From Gemmatimonadota bacterium (GTDB lineage: Bacteria > Gemmatimonadota > Gemmatimonadetes > Palauibacterales > KS3-K002): a stretch of DNA of 56,861 nt. A model generated the notes under the pieces. The model was not told where the DNA came from and made no database searches. It saw nothing but the letters and a program-made list of their open reading frames with translations. Positions 47,236 through 56,522 of this stretch are shown here, piece after piece; the stretch's first letter is position 1; each line of letters starts with the position of its first letter. The translations under genes were made by a program, and so were the position numbers. Location of the stretch: assembly GCA_039586795.1 (NCBI GenBank), contig JBDHJS010000021.1:1-56861 (forward strand). Direction: 5' to 3'.

Positions 47236-48729
47236 GTGGATCTACGCACCAAACTCGTCTTCGCTCTCGTAGCCGTTTCCCTGGGCAGCATGCTGGCGAT
47301 TGGCGCCCTGTCACATACGATCGCGAGTGATCTGCTCCGGAAGAAGACGGAGCGCCAATTGCACTCCCTGGCGGAGACGAAGCGCGACGACCTCGAGAAC
47401 GTGGTACTGGGATGGCAGGACCGAGTTGCGCTCATCGCCAGTCGAACGCAGCTGCGGCGAAGTCTGGACGCCTTCAACCGAACGGGCAGTCGAGAGCAGC
47501 AGCAGCAGATCCGGCGAATCCTCCGTGATGCGCGAACCTCCTCTCAAGTCGTACAGCTCCTCGCCATCTATGATCTCGAGGGCGAACTCGTGGCGTCCGA
47601 CTGGAGTGAGGAGGAGTGGGCCGATGTCGGACTCGAGCCAACGATGCCGAGCGGTGCCCGCGAGGAAGTAAGCTACCCGGAGATCCACTTCACGAATGGC
47701 GATGATCCGTTGGCCAGATTCGTCACACCGTTGAGTCTGGACGGCGATCGGATCGGAGCGCTGGAGGTCGTGTTGAGCGCTCGCGAACTCGTCTCTCTGA
47801 CCGAGAACATCAATGGGCTGGGCGACACCGGCGAGACGATGGTCGTCCTGCGAGATGCGGTGGGGGTCCCGCGGGCTCTGCATCCGGTGCGCGACCGGGC
47901 CGTGGAGCGCCCGGGCGTGGCTCAACCCGAAAGACCCGACGACCCCGCGACGTTGGCGATTGAAGGTCGAGATACGGTGATGTTGGAGGGACTCCGCGAT
48001 TACCGCGGTGAGCCTGTCTGGGCGGCAACGCGATTCCTGCCGTCGGTGGGTTGGGGCGTGGTGGTCAAGTTCGACGCCACTGAAGAGCGGGCAACGATTC
48101 TTTCATTGCGCAGCGAGTTGGCCTGGTTGGTTCTCTCGCTTGCCGCTTTCGCGATCGTGCTGGGTACGTTCTTGGGCTTGCGTTTGGCCAAGCCGATTCA
48201 CGACCTGGCGGGAGTCGCGAACCAGATCCGCCTCGGCGAGCTCAGCGCTCGGGCGAAGGTCGTGAGGGAAGACGAACTGGGCCTTCTGGCTCGTACATTC
48301 AACGAGATGGCGGAGGAGCTGGAGCAACAGCTGACGCTGCTGCATGAGTTTCAGAAGTACTTCGAGTTCTCTCTCGACATGCTGTGCATCGCTGGGACGG
48401 ACGGCTACTTCAAGCGAGTGAATCCCGCGTTCGAGCGCACATTGGGCTGGTCGGCCGAAGAGCTTCTCAGTCAGTCGTTCATGGATTTTGTTCACCCCGA
48501 CGACGTGGAGTCGACGGCCTACGAAATCGAGAGACTCTCTCAAGGTATACCGACGATCTCCTTCGAGAACCGCTACCGCTGTAAGGATGGCAGCTATAAG
48601 AGCTTGCTGTGGAAGTCGTATCCCGAGGCGGAAACGGGGTTGCTCTATGCCATCGCTCGTGACATCACCGAGCTGAAGCAAGCGCGCGAGCAACTGCGAA
48701 TTGCATACGATTCTGACGCCAGCGAGTAA
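47236..48729 (+). CDS. Membrane sensor: TM-Cache-like-TM-HAMP-PAS, with no output domain
   Basis: HAMP KPIHDLA...EDELGLLARTFNEMA; PAS DGYFKRVNPAF...FVHPDD...ENRYRCKDG...ARDITE; stop 18 aa later. Confidence 0.85.
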   Translation: MDLRTKLVFALVAVSLGSMLAIGALSHTIASDLLRKKTERQLHSLAETKRDDLENVVLGWQDRVALIASRTQLRRSLDAFNRTGSREQQQQIRRILRDARTSSQVVQLLAIYDLEGELVASDWSEEEWADVGLEPTMPSGAREEVSYPEIHFTNGDDPLARFVTPLSLDGDRIGALEVVLSARELVSLTENINGLGDTGETMVVLRDAVGVPRALHPVRDRAVERPGVAQPERPDDPATLAIEGRDTVMLEGLRDYRGEPVWAATRFLPSVGWGVVVKFDATEERATILSLRSELAWLVLSLAAFAIVLGTFLGLRLAKPIHDLAGVANQIRLGELSARAKVVREDELGLLARTFNEMAEELEQQLTLLHEFQKYFEFSLDMLCIAGTDGYFKRVNPAFERTLGWSAEELLSQSFMDFVHPDDVESTAYEIERLSQGIPTISFENRYRCKDGSYKSLLWKSYPEAETGLLYAIARDITELKQAREQLRIAYDSDASE

Positions 48730-48737
48730 CGCTCCAC

Positions 48738-49694
48738 GTGGCCTATATTCATCTCTTCGGCGGCCTCATCTACCTGCTTCTGGGTGGCGATCTACTCGTA
48801 CGGGGTGCGGTAGCGCTAGCGCGTCGTGCGCGGGTGGCGCCGATTGCGATAGCCTTGAGTGTGGTCGCACTCGGCACATCTCTTCCGGAGCTGGTAGTGA
48901 CGCTCGAAGCGGTCATTGGCGGATATCAGGGCATCGCGATCGGCAATGTGGTCGGCAGTAATATCGCCAATGTACTTCTGGTCATCGGCCTGGCGGCCGT
49001 CGTGTTCCCCTTGCCAAGCGGTGAGCGCACGGCGCGCCGTGACAGCCTCGTCATGATCGGCGTCAGCGCGGTGTTCGTGGCGCTGTGTTTCGTTGGCTAC
49101 CTGGGCCTGCTTGCGGGCGTAGTGCTCTTGTCTGGTCTGGTTGTGCTGGTGCTTTTCAACGTGCGGCGCGCCGCTCTCGCGCAACGCGCGGCCGATCGTG
49201 GCGCTCCACTCGATTGGGTGCTCGGCCTACCCAGCAAGACGGGTATGATCGCGCTCTTCATCACCCTCGGCATGATCGGTTTGCCGCTGGGGGCGACCAT
49301 GCTGATCCGAGCTGCCGTGGAGGTCGCCGAGCAATTGCAGGTATCGGATGCGGTGATCGGTTTGACTGTGATCGCGGTCGGCACCTCATTGCCGGAGCTG
49401 GCGACGAGCGCCGTCGCGGCATTTCAACGACAGGCGGGGGTTGCGGTCGGTGCGGTGATCGGCAGCAACACATTCAACGTGCTCGTTATCATGGGTCTGG
49501 CAACGGCGGCGTCCCCAAGCCCCATAGACGTGCCACCGGGCTTCCTGTCACTCGACCTCCCGGTGATGCTCGGCTCGTCGATCGTGCTCGCATTGCTCGT
49601 CTGGCGGGGACGACCCATCGGTCGATGGGTGGGGGCAATCTTTCTGACAGCTTACGCCGCTTATCTCTTCGTCCTGATCAGTACAGCAACATGA
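48738..49694 (+). CDS. Calcium/sodium (cation) antiporter, YrbG-like
   Basis: Two alpha-repeats: GTSLPEL...GNVVGSNIAN and GTSLPEL...GAVIGSNTFN. Confidence 0.93.
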   Translation: MAYIHLFGGLIYLLLGGDLLVRGAVALARRARVAPIAIALSVVALGTSLPELVVTLEAVIGGYQGIAIGNVVGSNIANVLLVIGLAAVVFPLPSGERTARRDSLVMIGVSAVFVALCFVGYLGLLAGVVLLSGLVVLVLFNVRRAALAQRAADRGAPLDWVLGLPSKTGMIALFITLGMIGLPLGATMLIRAAVEVAEQLQVSDAVIGLTVIAVGTSLPELATSAVAAFQRQAGVAVGAVIGSNTFNVLVIMGLATAASPSPIDVPPGFLSLDLPVMLGSSIVLALLVWRGRPIGRWVGAIFLTAYAAYLFVLISTAT

Positions 49695-49708
49695 CTCGGA
49701 GTGTTCGA

Positions 49709-50926
49709 CTAATCAGTCAGAACCTCTTCACCATCAAGCTTGGCAACGATCACCGCACCGCACGAATCACTCAGCACGTTCACCGAAGTGCGGAACATGT
49801 CGAGCACCCGATCAACGGCCAGCACGATGGCCACGCCTTCCAGCGGCAGCCCAACCGCCGCCAGGATAATCGACATCATCACCAGACCGGACATCGGAAC
49901 GCTAGCGGCGCCAATCGATGCGAGGAGCGCCGTCACGACGATGATCAACTGCTCGCCCAAGTTGAGTCCGATTCCGTAGACCTGCGCAATGAAGATCGTC
50001 GCCACGCACTCGTACAAAGCCGTGCCGTCCATGTTGACGGTCGCACCGATTGGCAGAACGAAAGACGAGATCTTCTCGGACACCTTCGAGTTATCGGTCA
50101 CCGCTTTCATCGTGAGAGGTAGCGTCACGATGGTAGAACAGGTCGAGAATGCGGTGACGAGGGGCGGCGGCATGCCGCGATAATGCCGCCATGGGCTTCG
50201 GCGGGTGATCAGGTAGACCAGAAAGGGGAGCGTCACCGTCGCATGGATGAAGAGCCCGATCAGGACGACGATGAAGTAGAACCCGAGCGATCGAAACGCT
50301 TCGAAACCGGTCGTAGCGACGATTACCGCGTTGATGCCGAACACTCCGAGTGGAGCGGCCCAGATGACGAAGCGGGTCAGCTTGAGCATCGCTTGAAAGG
50401 CGGCCTGGAAGAAATCCCCCAGTTGCGTACGGTACGGATCGTCGAGTTGCGTGATGAAGTAGCCGAGCAGGATACAGAAGAAGATCACGGGCAGAACCTG
50501 GCCTTCGGCCAGCGCCTCGAACGGGTTCTCCGGTATGATGTTGATGAGTATCTCACGAACGCTGCGCTGCGCCGCCGGGACCTGAGTGACGGTTTCCTGA
50601 AGCTGGATCGCCGAATTGACGCCAGGCCTGAAGATGTTCACGAGGATCTGGCCGGTTAGGATAGCCAGCAGGCTGCTGAGCACGTAGTAGCCGAACGTTC
50701 GGGCGCCGAGCAGGCCGAGGTCTCTTCGCTCGCCGACACTGATCACGGCCGCCGTGATCGACGTGATGATCAGCGGCATGATCGCCATGCGGAGTAGGCG
50801 GAGGAAGACGTCAGAGAGGGGCTGTGCAATGGGGACGATCGAATTGCCGAAGACCCTGCCGGCTATGATGCCGCCGAACAGGCCTGCGAAGATCCAGAAT
50901 GTTAGCGATTTGTATGGGATGCGCAT
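49709..50926 (-). CDS. Dicarboxylate/amino acid:cation symporter (DAACS)
   Basis: FLRLLRM, AFSTCS, GATVNMDGTA and DRVLDMFRTSVNV; start uncertain (50926 vs 50983). Confidence 0.92.
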   Translation of the reverse strand: MRIPYKSLTFWIFAGLFGGIIAGRVFGNSIVPIAQPLSDVFLRLLRMAIMPLIITSITAAVISVGERRDLGLLGARTFGYYVLSSLLAILTGQILVNIFRPGVNSAIQLQETVTQVPAAQRSVREILINIIPENPFEALAEGQVLPVIFFCILLGYFITQLDDPYRTQLGDFFQAAFQAMLKLTRFVIWAAPLGVFGINAVIVATTGFEAFRSLGFYFIVVLIGLFIHATVTLPFLVYLITRRSPWRHYRGMPPPLVTAFSTCSTIVTLPLTMKAVTDNSKVSEKISSFVLPIGATVNMDGTALYECVATIFIAQVYGIGLNLGEQLIIVVTALLASIGAASVPMSGLVMMSIILAAVGLPLEGVAIVLAVDRVLDMFRTSVNVLSDSCGAVIVAKLDGEEVLTD

Positions 50927-51027
50927 TCGCGCAAGATGCGCCGCCGGCGTGCTGTGCGGAAGGGGCGGTTGAACATTCAGCACGGAACGGTTCGGGCGCT
51001 GACACCTAGTGTCCTGCGCGGCCGTAT

Positions 51028-51047
51028 TGGTATAGTGTCACGACACT
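51028..51047 (+). promoter_or_regulatory. Extended -10 element overlapped by a palindromic operator candidate
   Basis: TGgTATAGT (51028-36) overlapping AGTGTC-ac-GACACT (51034-47). Confidence 0.45.
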
Positions 51048-51102
51048 CTCAAGTCTGGCCCCATCCTGAGCACCAGTAGTCCTATAATAGGAATCGCACC
51101 CT

Positions 51103-53559
51103 ATGCTAGAGACCGTACACGATCTGCGATCATCCTTTCGAACTCTACTCCGACGACCCTTCTATCCCATCGTAGCTGTGAGCATCCTGGCGTTGGGGCT
51201 TTCGGCCAGCATCGCCGTGTTCACGTACATCAATGGGTTTTACCAGCCGTTTCCGGGCGTCGAGGGTAGGGGGCTGGTTCGGATGTACGGCGTCACCGAA
51301 GAGGACGCCTTTCAGGAAATTCCGTACCTGGATTTCCTCGACTACAAGGAGGGAGCCGGGCGGTCGTTCGAGCAGATCGCTGCGGTTCAGCCGTTCTACG
51401 CGGCGAGCGTGCGTCTCGAGAATATGACCGAAGTGGCGTTTCTCGAGGCGGTCTCGGGAGACTTCTTCTCCGTGCTCGGTATCGAGACGGCGATCGGTCG
51501 GGGAATAGTGTCTGAAGATGACCGGCCGGGGGCGGAGCCCGTGGCGGTGATTTCCTACGACTGGTGGCAACGCAGCTTCAACGCCGACCCGGCTGTGATC
51601 GGAACCACCATCTATCTCAACTACCGTCCCTTCATCGTCGCTGGCGTGGCGTCGCCCGAGTTCCTGGGCTCGGCCGCGAGCTTCCGGCCCGATGTGTGGA
51701 TTCCCATCGCGCCGTTCAAGGACAGGTACACGCGCTGGGCTCAGTTTGCGGAGAACCGGGACATCCCGCTTGTCAGGGTATACGGTCGACTGCGCTCCGG
51801 GACCGGTGATGAGCAGGCGGTGGCCGAACTAGCGACGCTGGCGCTGGGCCTGGACGAGGCCTACCCGCGGGAGGACTCGCGTCGTGTTCGCCTCGGCGCG
51901 CCGACGTGGATCGATCCACGCGCCCGCCTGGCAGAGTGGCCAACGGTGCGGCTGATGATGGCCACCGCGGCCGGTCTCTTACTGCTGGTCTGTGCCAATG
52001 TGGCGAACTTGTTGTTGGCCGTTGCCACCGGCCGTCAGCAGGAGCTGTCGATGAGAGCCGCGCTGGGCGCTTCCCCCGGACGCCTCGTCCGCCAGGTGAT
52101 GATCGAGAACGTCACACTTTCGGTATTAGCCGGCGCCGTGGCGTTGGCTCTGGCGAGCCCGCTAAGCGTGCGGCTCGGTTCGTACTTCGCCCGACCGAGC
52201 GTGTGGGGGGCAAACGTGTCGCGCGAGGCGGCAATCGATCTAGAAGTGGTGTTGTTCGCCCTCGGTATCTCGGTGATCACCGGAGTACTGGCTGGACTAC
52301 TACCGGCGATCCGGGCGTCGCGACGAGATCTTGTATCGACGCTCAGACCGGACGCTGTGGGCCGTCGACCGCGACGAATGCTCGGCAAGCGAACGCCGGG
52401 GGTCCACAACACGTTGGTCACTACTCAGGTCGCGCTTTCCATAGTCTTGTTGGTCGTAGCCGGACTCGTGCTTCGCACGTTGGCCTCGGTCGTCAGCCTC
52501 GATCCCGGGTTCGCGTACGACCAACTGGTAGTGACGCACGTTTCCACGAGCAGTACGAATCTCGAAGTCGAGGAGCGAGATCACTTTTTCCGAGACATGC
52601 CAGCGCGGCTGGCCGAGGAGCCTTGGGTGAACTCCGCGACCGTGGCCGACTATCCATTGTTGTCTCCGCACATGTCCGCCGACTTGCAGTTGGAAGGGCA
52701 GGATGATCCAACAGCCCTGGTGTACTCAAGGGTCATTCCAGGCTTTTTCGAAGCGCTTGGCATCGACGTGGTGCAAGGGAGAGGCTTCGAGGCCTACGAC
52801 ACGATCGGCTCGACCGATGTCGCCATGATCAACCAGGCTTTGGCGACGCGGTTTTTCCCGGGTGACCATCCCATCGGGCGCCGAATTTGGTGGACCCAAG
52901 CCGATGAGAGCGTTCGCGAGTTCGAGATCGTCGGAATCGTCCGTGACACCAAGACGCAGGATTTCATGTCGGAGCCGGAGGCGACGGTCTATTTCGCTTA
53001 CCCGCAGTTCCGTTACCCAACCGGCAGCGCGCTTATCCTGGCGACTAACATTGACCCCGGAGCCTCAATCCCCTCGCTCTACCGTTGGCTACGCGACTAT
53101 GAGCCCCACCTGGCCATAGTCAACGTCATCCCCTACAGGCGGGTTGTTAGCGGGATCCTCTACACACAGAGGATGAACGCCGAGATGTTCTCCGCACTCG
53201 CGTTTCTGGGGCTAGTCCTCGCTGCCGTGGGGATCTTCAGTGTGATGAGCCTGGCGGTTAGCCGTAGAACGCGGGAGATCGGTATACGCACCGCGATAGG
53301 CGCCCAACGGACCGACATCGGTCGCTTGGTGGTCGCCCAGGCGATGGTGCCAGTGGGTGTCGGCTTGCTCATCGGACTGGGCGCCTCCTTCGCCGCGGCC
53401 GGACTGGTTCGAGGCTTGCTGTTTGGCGTGGAGCCGACCGATCCGACGACGCTCTTTGCCGGTTCGCTGGTGCTGATCGTGGCGGCCTTAGTGGCGGCCT
53501 ACCTGCCGGCACGGCGGGCGGCGAGCGTCGACCCGATCATCGCGCTGAGACAGGAGTAG
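51103..53559 (+). CDS. Duplicated MacB/FtsX-type ABC permease (ADOP-like)
   Basis: Two MacB_PCD+FtsX halves; LLLVCANVANLLLA, RAALGAS, RRTREIGIR.AIGA and PARRAASVDP..ALR. Confidence 0.93.
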   Translation: MLETVHDLRSSFRTLLRRPFYPIVAVSILALGLSASIAVFTYINGFYQPFPGVEGRGLVRMYGVTEEDAFQEIPYLDFLDYKEGAGRSFEQIAAVQPFYAASVRLENMTEVAFLEAVSGDFFSVLGIETAIGRGIVSEDDRPGAEPVAVISYDWWQRSFNADPAVIGTTIYLNYRPFIVAGVASPEFLGSAASFRPDVWIPIAPFKDRYTRWAQFAENRDIPLVRVYGRLRSGTGDEQAVAELATLALGLDEAYPREDSRRVRLGAPTWIDPRARLAEWPTVRLMMATAAGLLLLVCANVANLLLAVATGRQQELSMRAALGASPGRLVRQVMIENVTLSVLAGAVALALASPLSVRLGSYFARPSVWGANVSREAAIDLEVVLFALGISVITGVLAGLLPAIRASRRDLVSTLRPDAVGRRPRRMLGKRTPGVHNTLVTTQVALSIVLLVVAGLVLRTLASVVSLDPGFAYDQLVVTHVSTSSTNLEVEERDHFFRDMPARLAEEPWVNSATVADYPLLSPHMSADLQLEGQDDPTALVYSRVIPGFFEALGIDVVQGRGFEAYDTIGSTDVAMINQALATRFFPGDHPIGRRIWWTQADESVREFEIVGIVRDTKTQDFMSEPEATVYFAYPQFRYPTGSALILATNIDPGASIPSLYRWLRDYEPHLAIVNVIPYRRVVSGILYTQRMNAEMFSALAFLGLVLAAVGIFSVMSLAVSRRTREIGIRTAIGAQRTDIGRLVVAQAMVPVGVGLLIGLGASFAAAGLVRGLLFGVEPTDPTTLFAGSLVLIVAALVAAYLPARRAASVDPIIALRQE

Positions 53560-53585
53560 GGGAGGTGTAACAGAAAAGCTCAGGT

Positions 53586-53650
53586 CATGACAGCTAAGTG
53601 ATGGCTTCATTAAGGTTACGTGATTTAGGTGATAGCCAAGATGATAGGGC
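53586..53650. repeat. AT-rich degenerate element, copy 2 (TGAT-periodic)
   Basis: Direct-orientation match to 41335-41367; lies between convergent stop codons. Confidence 0.6.
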
Positions 53651-54696
53651 TAGTGGGGGCTGTCAGATGAGGTGCTGCTCACATTCGGGGTGGCGGACTT
53701 GAAGAGGTCGACGGCAACCCGGACCGCGCCGACCGCGATACCGATGTAAGCCGTGAAGAAGCGCCAGAGTACGGTATAGGAGAGGATGAGGGCGCCGGGT
53801 ACCACTCCGGTCATCAGCCCTATGGTAGTTACCTCGGCGACGCCGCTGCCGCCAGGACTGGGGGCGACGACGATGACCGCGAATTGCAGGGCCTGACGTC
53901 CGATCACCGAGAAGGCGTCGGCGTTCACGCCGAGTGCGGCGAGCACTGCCACCCCTACCAGACAACGGGCGAGTAGGGCGAGGAAGCCCAGGGCGACATT
54001 GATCAGCCACGCACGCCTCCCACTCCCCGTCTGTTTGAATTCTCGTATCGCACCGCGGTAGCGCGCGCCGGCTCTCAAGATCTTCCGGCCGCCCCGACTG
54101 CGTCTAAATGATCGTATCGAAACGAGAACTCGGGTGATCTGCCGAGGGAAGAGTGTGACGGCGATGGCGGCCAGCACGGCGATGCCGACCATGGCGATAA
54201 GCCCGCGCAGTAGTCCGCCCAGGGCGACGTTACCATCGAGAATGAGGTACCAGAGGCCGGCTCCGGCGAGGGTGACAAGGGCGATCAATCCGCTAACCCA
54301 ATTCACGCTGAGCACGGCCAGCGTATCGTGGGCGTGGAGGCCCTTTCTGCGCAGGATGAAGTACTGCGCCGGGCCGCCCCCCAGCTGCATGGGCGTTACA
54401 CCGGCGGCGAAAATCAAGTAGAGAAAGACGTGCAGGCCGTCCCACCAGCGAAAACCCGGCTTGAGCTCCCGGGCGACGACCCAGAAGCGAGCGCCACCCA
54501 GAGCCATGTCGGTTAGCGCGAGGAGCGCGGCGAGGATCAGAAGACCGGTCGTCGCGTCCGATAGCGCGGCGAACACGGATTCGCTCTCGGCCCCGGCGCT
54601 CCAGCGGACGGCCGCGTAGCCACCGACCGTCAGCAGGACGAACATCAGGATGCCAAGGGCGATCTTCTCGCGCGAGACCGGGGCTTGCTTCCGCAC
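53650..54696 (-). CDS. Lysylphosphatidylglycerol-synthase TM / flippase-like (UPF0104) protein
   Basis: VTPMQLGGGP, APSPGGSGVAE and LWRFFTAY; multi-TM. Confidence 0.88.
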   Translation of the reverse strand: MRKQAPVSREKIALGILMFVLLTVGGYAAVRWSAGAESESVFAALSDATTGLLILAALLALTDMALGGARFWVVARELKPGFRWWDGLHVFLYLIFAAGVTPMQLGGGPAQYFILRRKGLHAHDTLAVLSVNWVSGLIALVTLAGAGLWYLILDGNVALGGLLRGLIAMVGIAVLAAIAVTLFPRQITRVLVSIRSFRRSRGGRKILRAGARYRGAIREFKQTGSGRRAWLINVALGFLALLARCLVGVAVLAALGVNADAFSVIGRQALQFAVIVVAPSPGGSGVAEVTTIGLMTGVVPGALILSYTVLWRFFTAYIGIAVGAVRVAVDLFKSATPNVSSTSSDSPH

Positions 54697-54698
54697 GG

Positions 54699-55346
54699 TC
54701 AGCCACCCCAGAGGTTGAAATCGTGGTTGAACTTGAGAATGAGCTGGCGTCTAAATGGCCCGCTCAGCGAGTTGACTCCCTGGGCCTCGTTGTAGACGAA
54801 GAAGAACCCAGTCCCTGCCCGGTTCAGCCTGGCGAAGCGGATGTTGGCGGACCAGCCGGCATCGTCCTGGTGAGTCGAGACGCTCCAGTCGCCGTCCCAG
54901 TTGATGTTGAACCCGCTGCCGGCGCCTCGTTGCATACGTCGCGCCATGCCGCCGCTCTCCTGAAGATCGAAATCGCGGATCGCCTCGCCCTGGACGATGC
55001 CCTCGACATCGGAGTCCAACATCCAGAGTCCGATGTAGAGCGCCTTGTCGTCGAACAGCACGAATAAATGGGTCTCTTGGGTTGCCGGTTCACCATCGCG
55101 AGGAACTCTCGGCGTGAATTCGCCGGTGGGCTGGATCGTCGCCCAGGTATCTTCGTCGAGCATCCCATCGATGACCGGAGCGACCTCCACACGGCTGGCG
55201 GCCACGCGCCGGGCTGGTGCTGAATAATAGATGTCCGAGAGACTGGCTCCCGGGGCGCCGCTGTCAACCTGTTGCGTCCATGCCTGCGAAGCGCTGGTCG
55301 CCAGGAGGAGCAGAAGCGGTGGTAGGCGATAGGGCGATCCTGCCAT
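54699..55346 (-). pseudogene. Internally deleted CBM9-like/DUF5916-type gene (in frame, 215 aa); relic or mini-protein
   Basis: Has the N-terminal APVIDGMLDE.TW and P.DGEPATQET, a middle FNINWDGDW...GWS and the family's C-terminal ANIRF...GTGFFFVYNE, but lacks the long intervening regions. Confidence 0.6.
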
Positions 55347-55577
55347 CAAGCACTCATAACATGTAATCAGGTTCCGTGGGGCAGCGCCGTTTGGGGAACG
55401 TAGCGATGGCCAATCTTATCGGCCTTGGGGCTACGCAACAAGGCAATTACCAACGAGTCAGTGGCGTTGCACTCTTTCCCGCTGTTCCGGCAGATTGTAT
55501 AGTGGAACCACCGGGAAGATTCCTCGTGTGTCGAATGGCCCCACTAGACCCCTACCGGCTACTGACGAGGGGGCGCC

Positions 55578-56246
55578 ATGTCTAGGAAGTATGTGTCGAA
55601 CAAGGATGAATCGGTCCGCATCTTTGAGGGCGACATTCTCGAGTTCTTCACCCACGTCCACCCTGCAGTGCCACATCTCCTTTTTCTACCGGTGATCGGG
55701 CTCACGATCTATCTGAGCTATTCGGCGGGCACAGGGGCGGGGCGCATGGCCACGATGTTTGCGGTCGGGGTCCTGCTGTGGACGATTGCGGAGTACATCG
55801 TACATCGCTGGGTGTTTCATCTTGGTCCCCAGCTAGAAGGCGAGGTACGAGACATCGTAGCAGCGTTGGAGCCAGGCGAACCGGCGTTTCGTCACATGAA
55901 AGGGTTCAGGCAAAGACACTATTTCTTGGCGCATGGAGTTCATCACGACTTCCCAAACGATAGTCGCCGACTGGTCATGCCGCCTTCGCTGAGCATCCCG
56001 CTGGCGATCATCTTCTTCTCGGCGTTCTGGATCATCGCTGGCCCCAACGATGGGCCGGCGGCGTTCGCGGGGTTCGTGCTGGGTTATCTGGTGTACGACA
56101 CGATTCACTACGCGACACACCACTTTTCGCTAAAGGGCCCGCTGCTTCTGTACCTGAAGAAGAAGCACTTGAGGCATCATTATCAGGACTCGACGAGGGA
56201 CTTCGGGGTTTCCAATCCGCTTTGGGATTTTGTTCTTCGTACGTAG
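55578..56246 (+). CDS. Fatty acid hydroxylase / sterol desaturase family (FA2H/Scs7-like)
   Basis: His boxes EYIVHRWVFH, HGVHH, YDTIHYATHH and HLRHH; RLVMPP; FGVSNPLWD. Confidence 0.92.
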   Translation: MSRKYVSNKDESVRIFEGDILEFFTHVHPAVPHLLFLPVIGLTIYLSYSAGTGAGRMATMFAVGVLLWTIAEYIVHRWVFHLGPQLEGEVRDIVAALEPGEPAFRHMKGFRQRHYFLAHGVHHDFPNDSRRLVMPPSLSIPLAIIFFSAFWIIAGPNDGPAAFAGFVLGYLVYDTIHYATHHFSLKGPLLLYLKKKHLRHHYQDSTRDFGVSNPLWDFVLRT

Positions 56247-56279
56247 TGGGAATGGGAGTGTGGAAACCGAACTGAATTC

Positions 56280-56391
56280 TCGAATCGGATTCAACGATTC
56301 CCACATTCTGGATTTTGGAACTGTGAGGTAACCGCAGGCAACGCTTTACTTCGGCGACTCCAGAATGAGGGATTCGTCAAGTCCGATTCGA
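56280..56391. repeat. Long imperfect inverted repeat (33-bp arms); possible structured RNA or MITE/REP-like element
   Basis: 56280-56312 vs the reverse complement of 56359-56391: 28/33 identical. Confidence 0.7.
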
Positions 56392-56522
56392 TAATCCCTA
56401 ACCCCCCAAGGTACTAGCGGCCTCCCCAATCATTCCCCAGGTTCATAGCGTTGCGTGCGCTCCACCATCTCACCTCTCGCTTCTTTGAGCCAATCGGCTC
56501 CTTCACAGAAAGGGGGAGCGCC

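Noticed and set aside
56289..56382. attC-like reading of the hairpin (ATTCAAC ... GTCAAGT)
   Set aside because: The right core deviates from GTTRRRY, pairing extends beyond the putative R boxes, and there is no integrase or cassette array.
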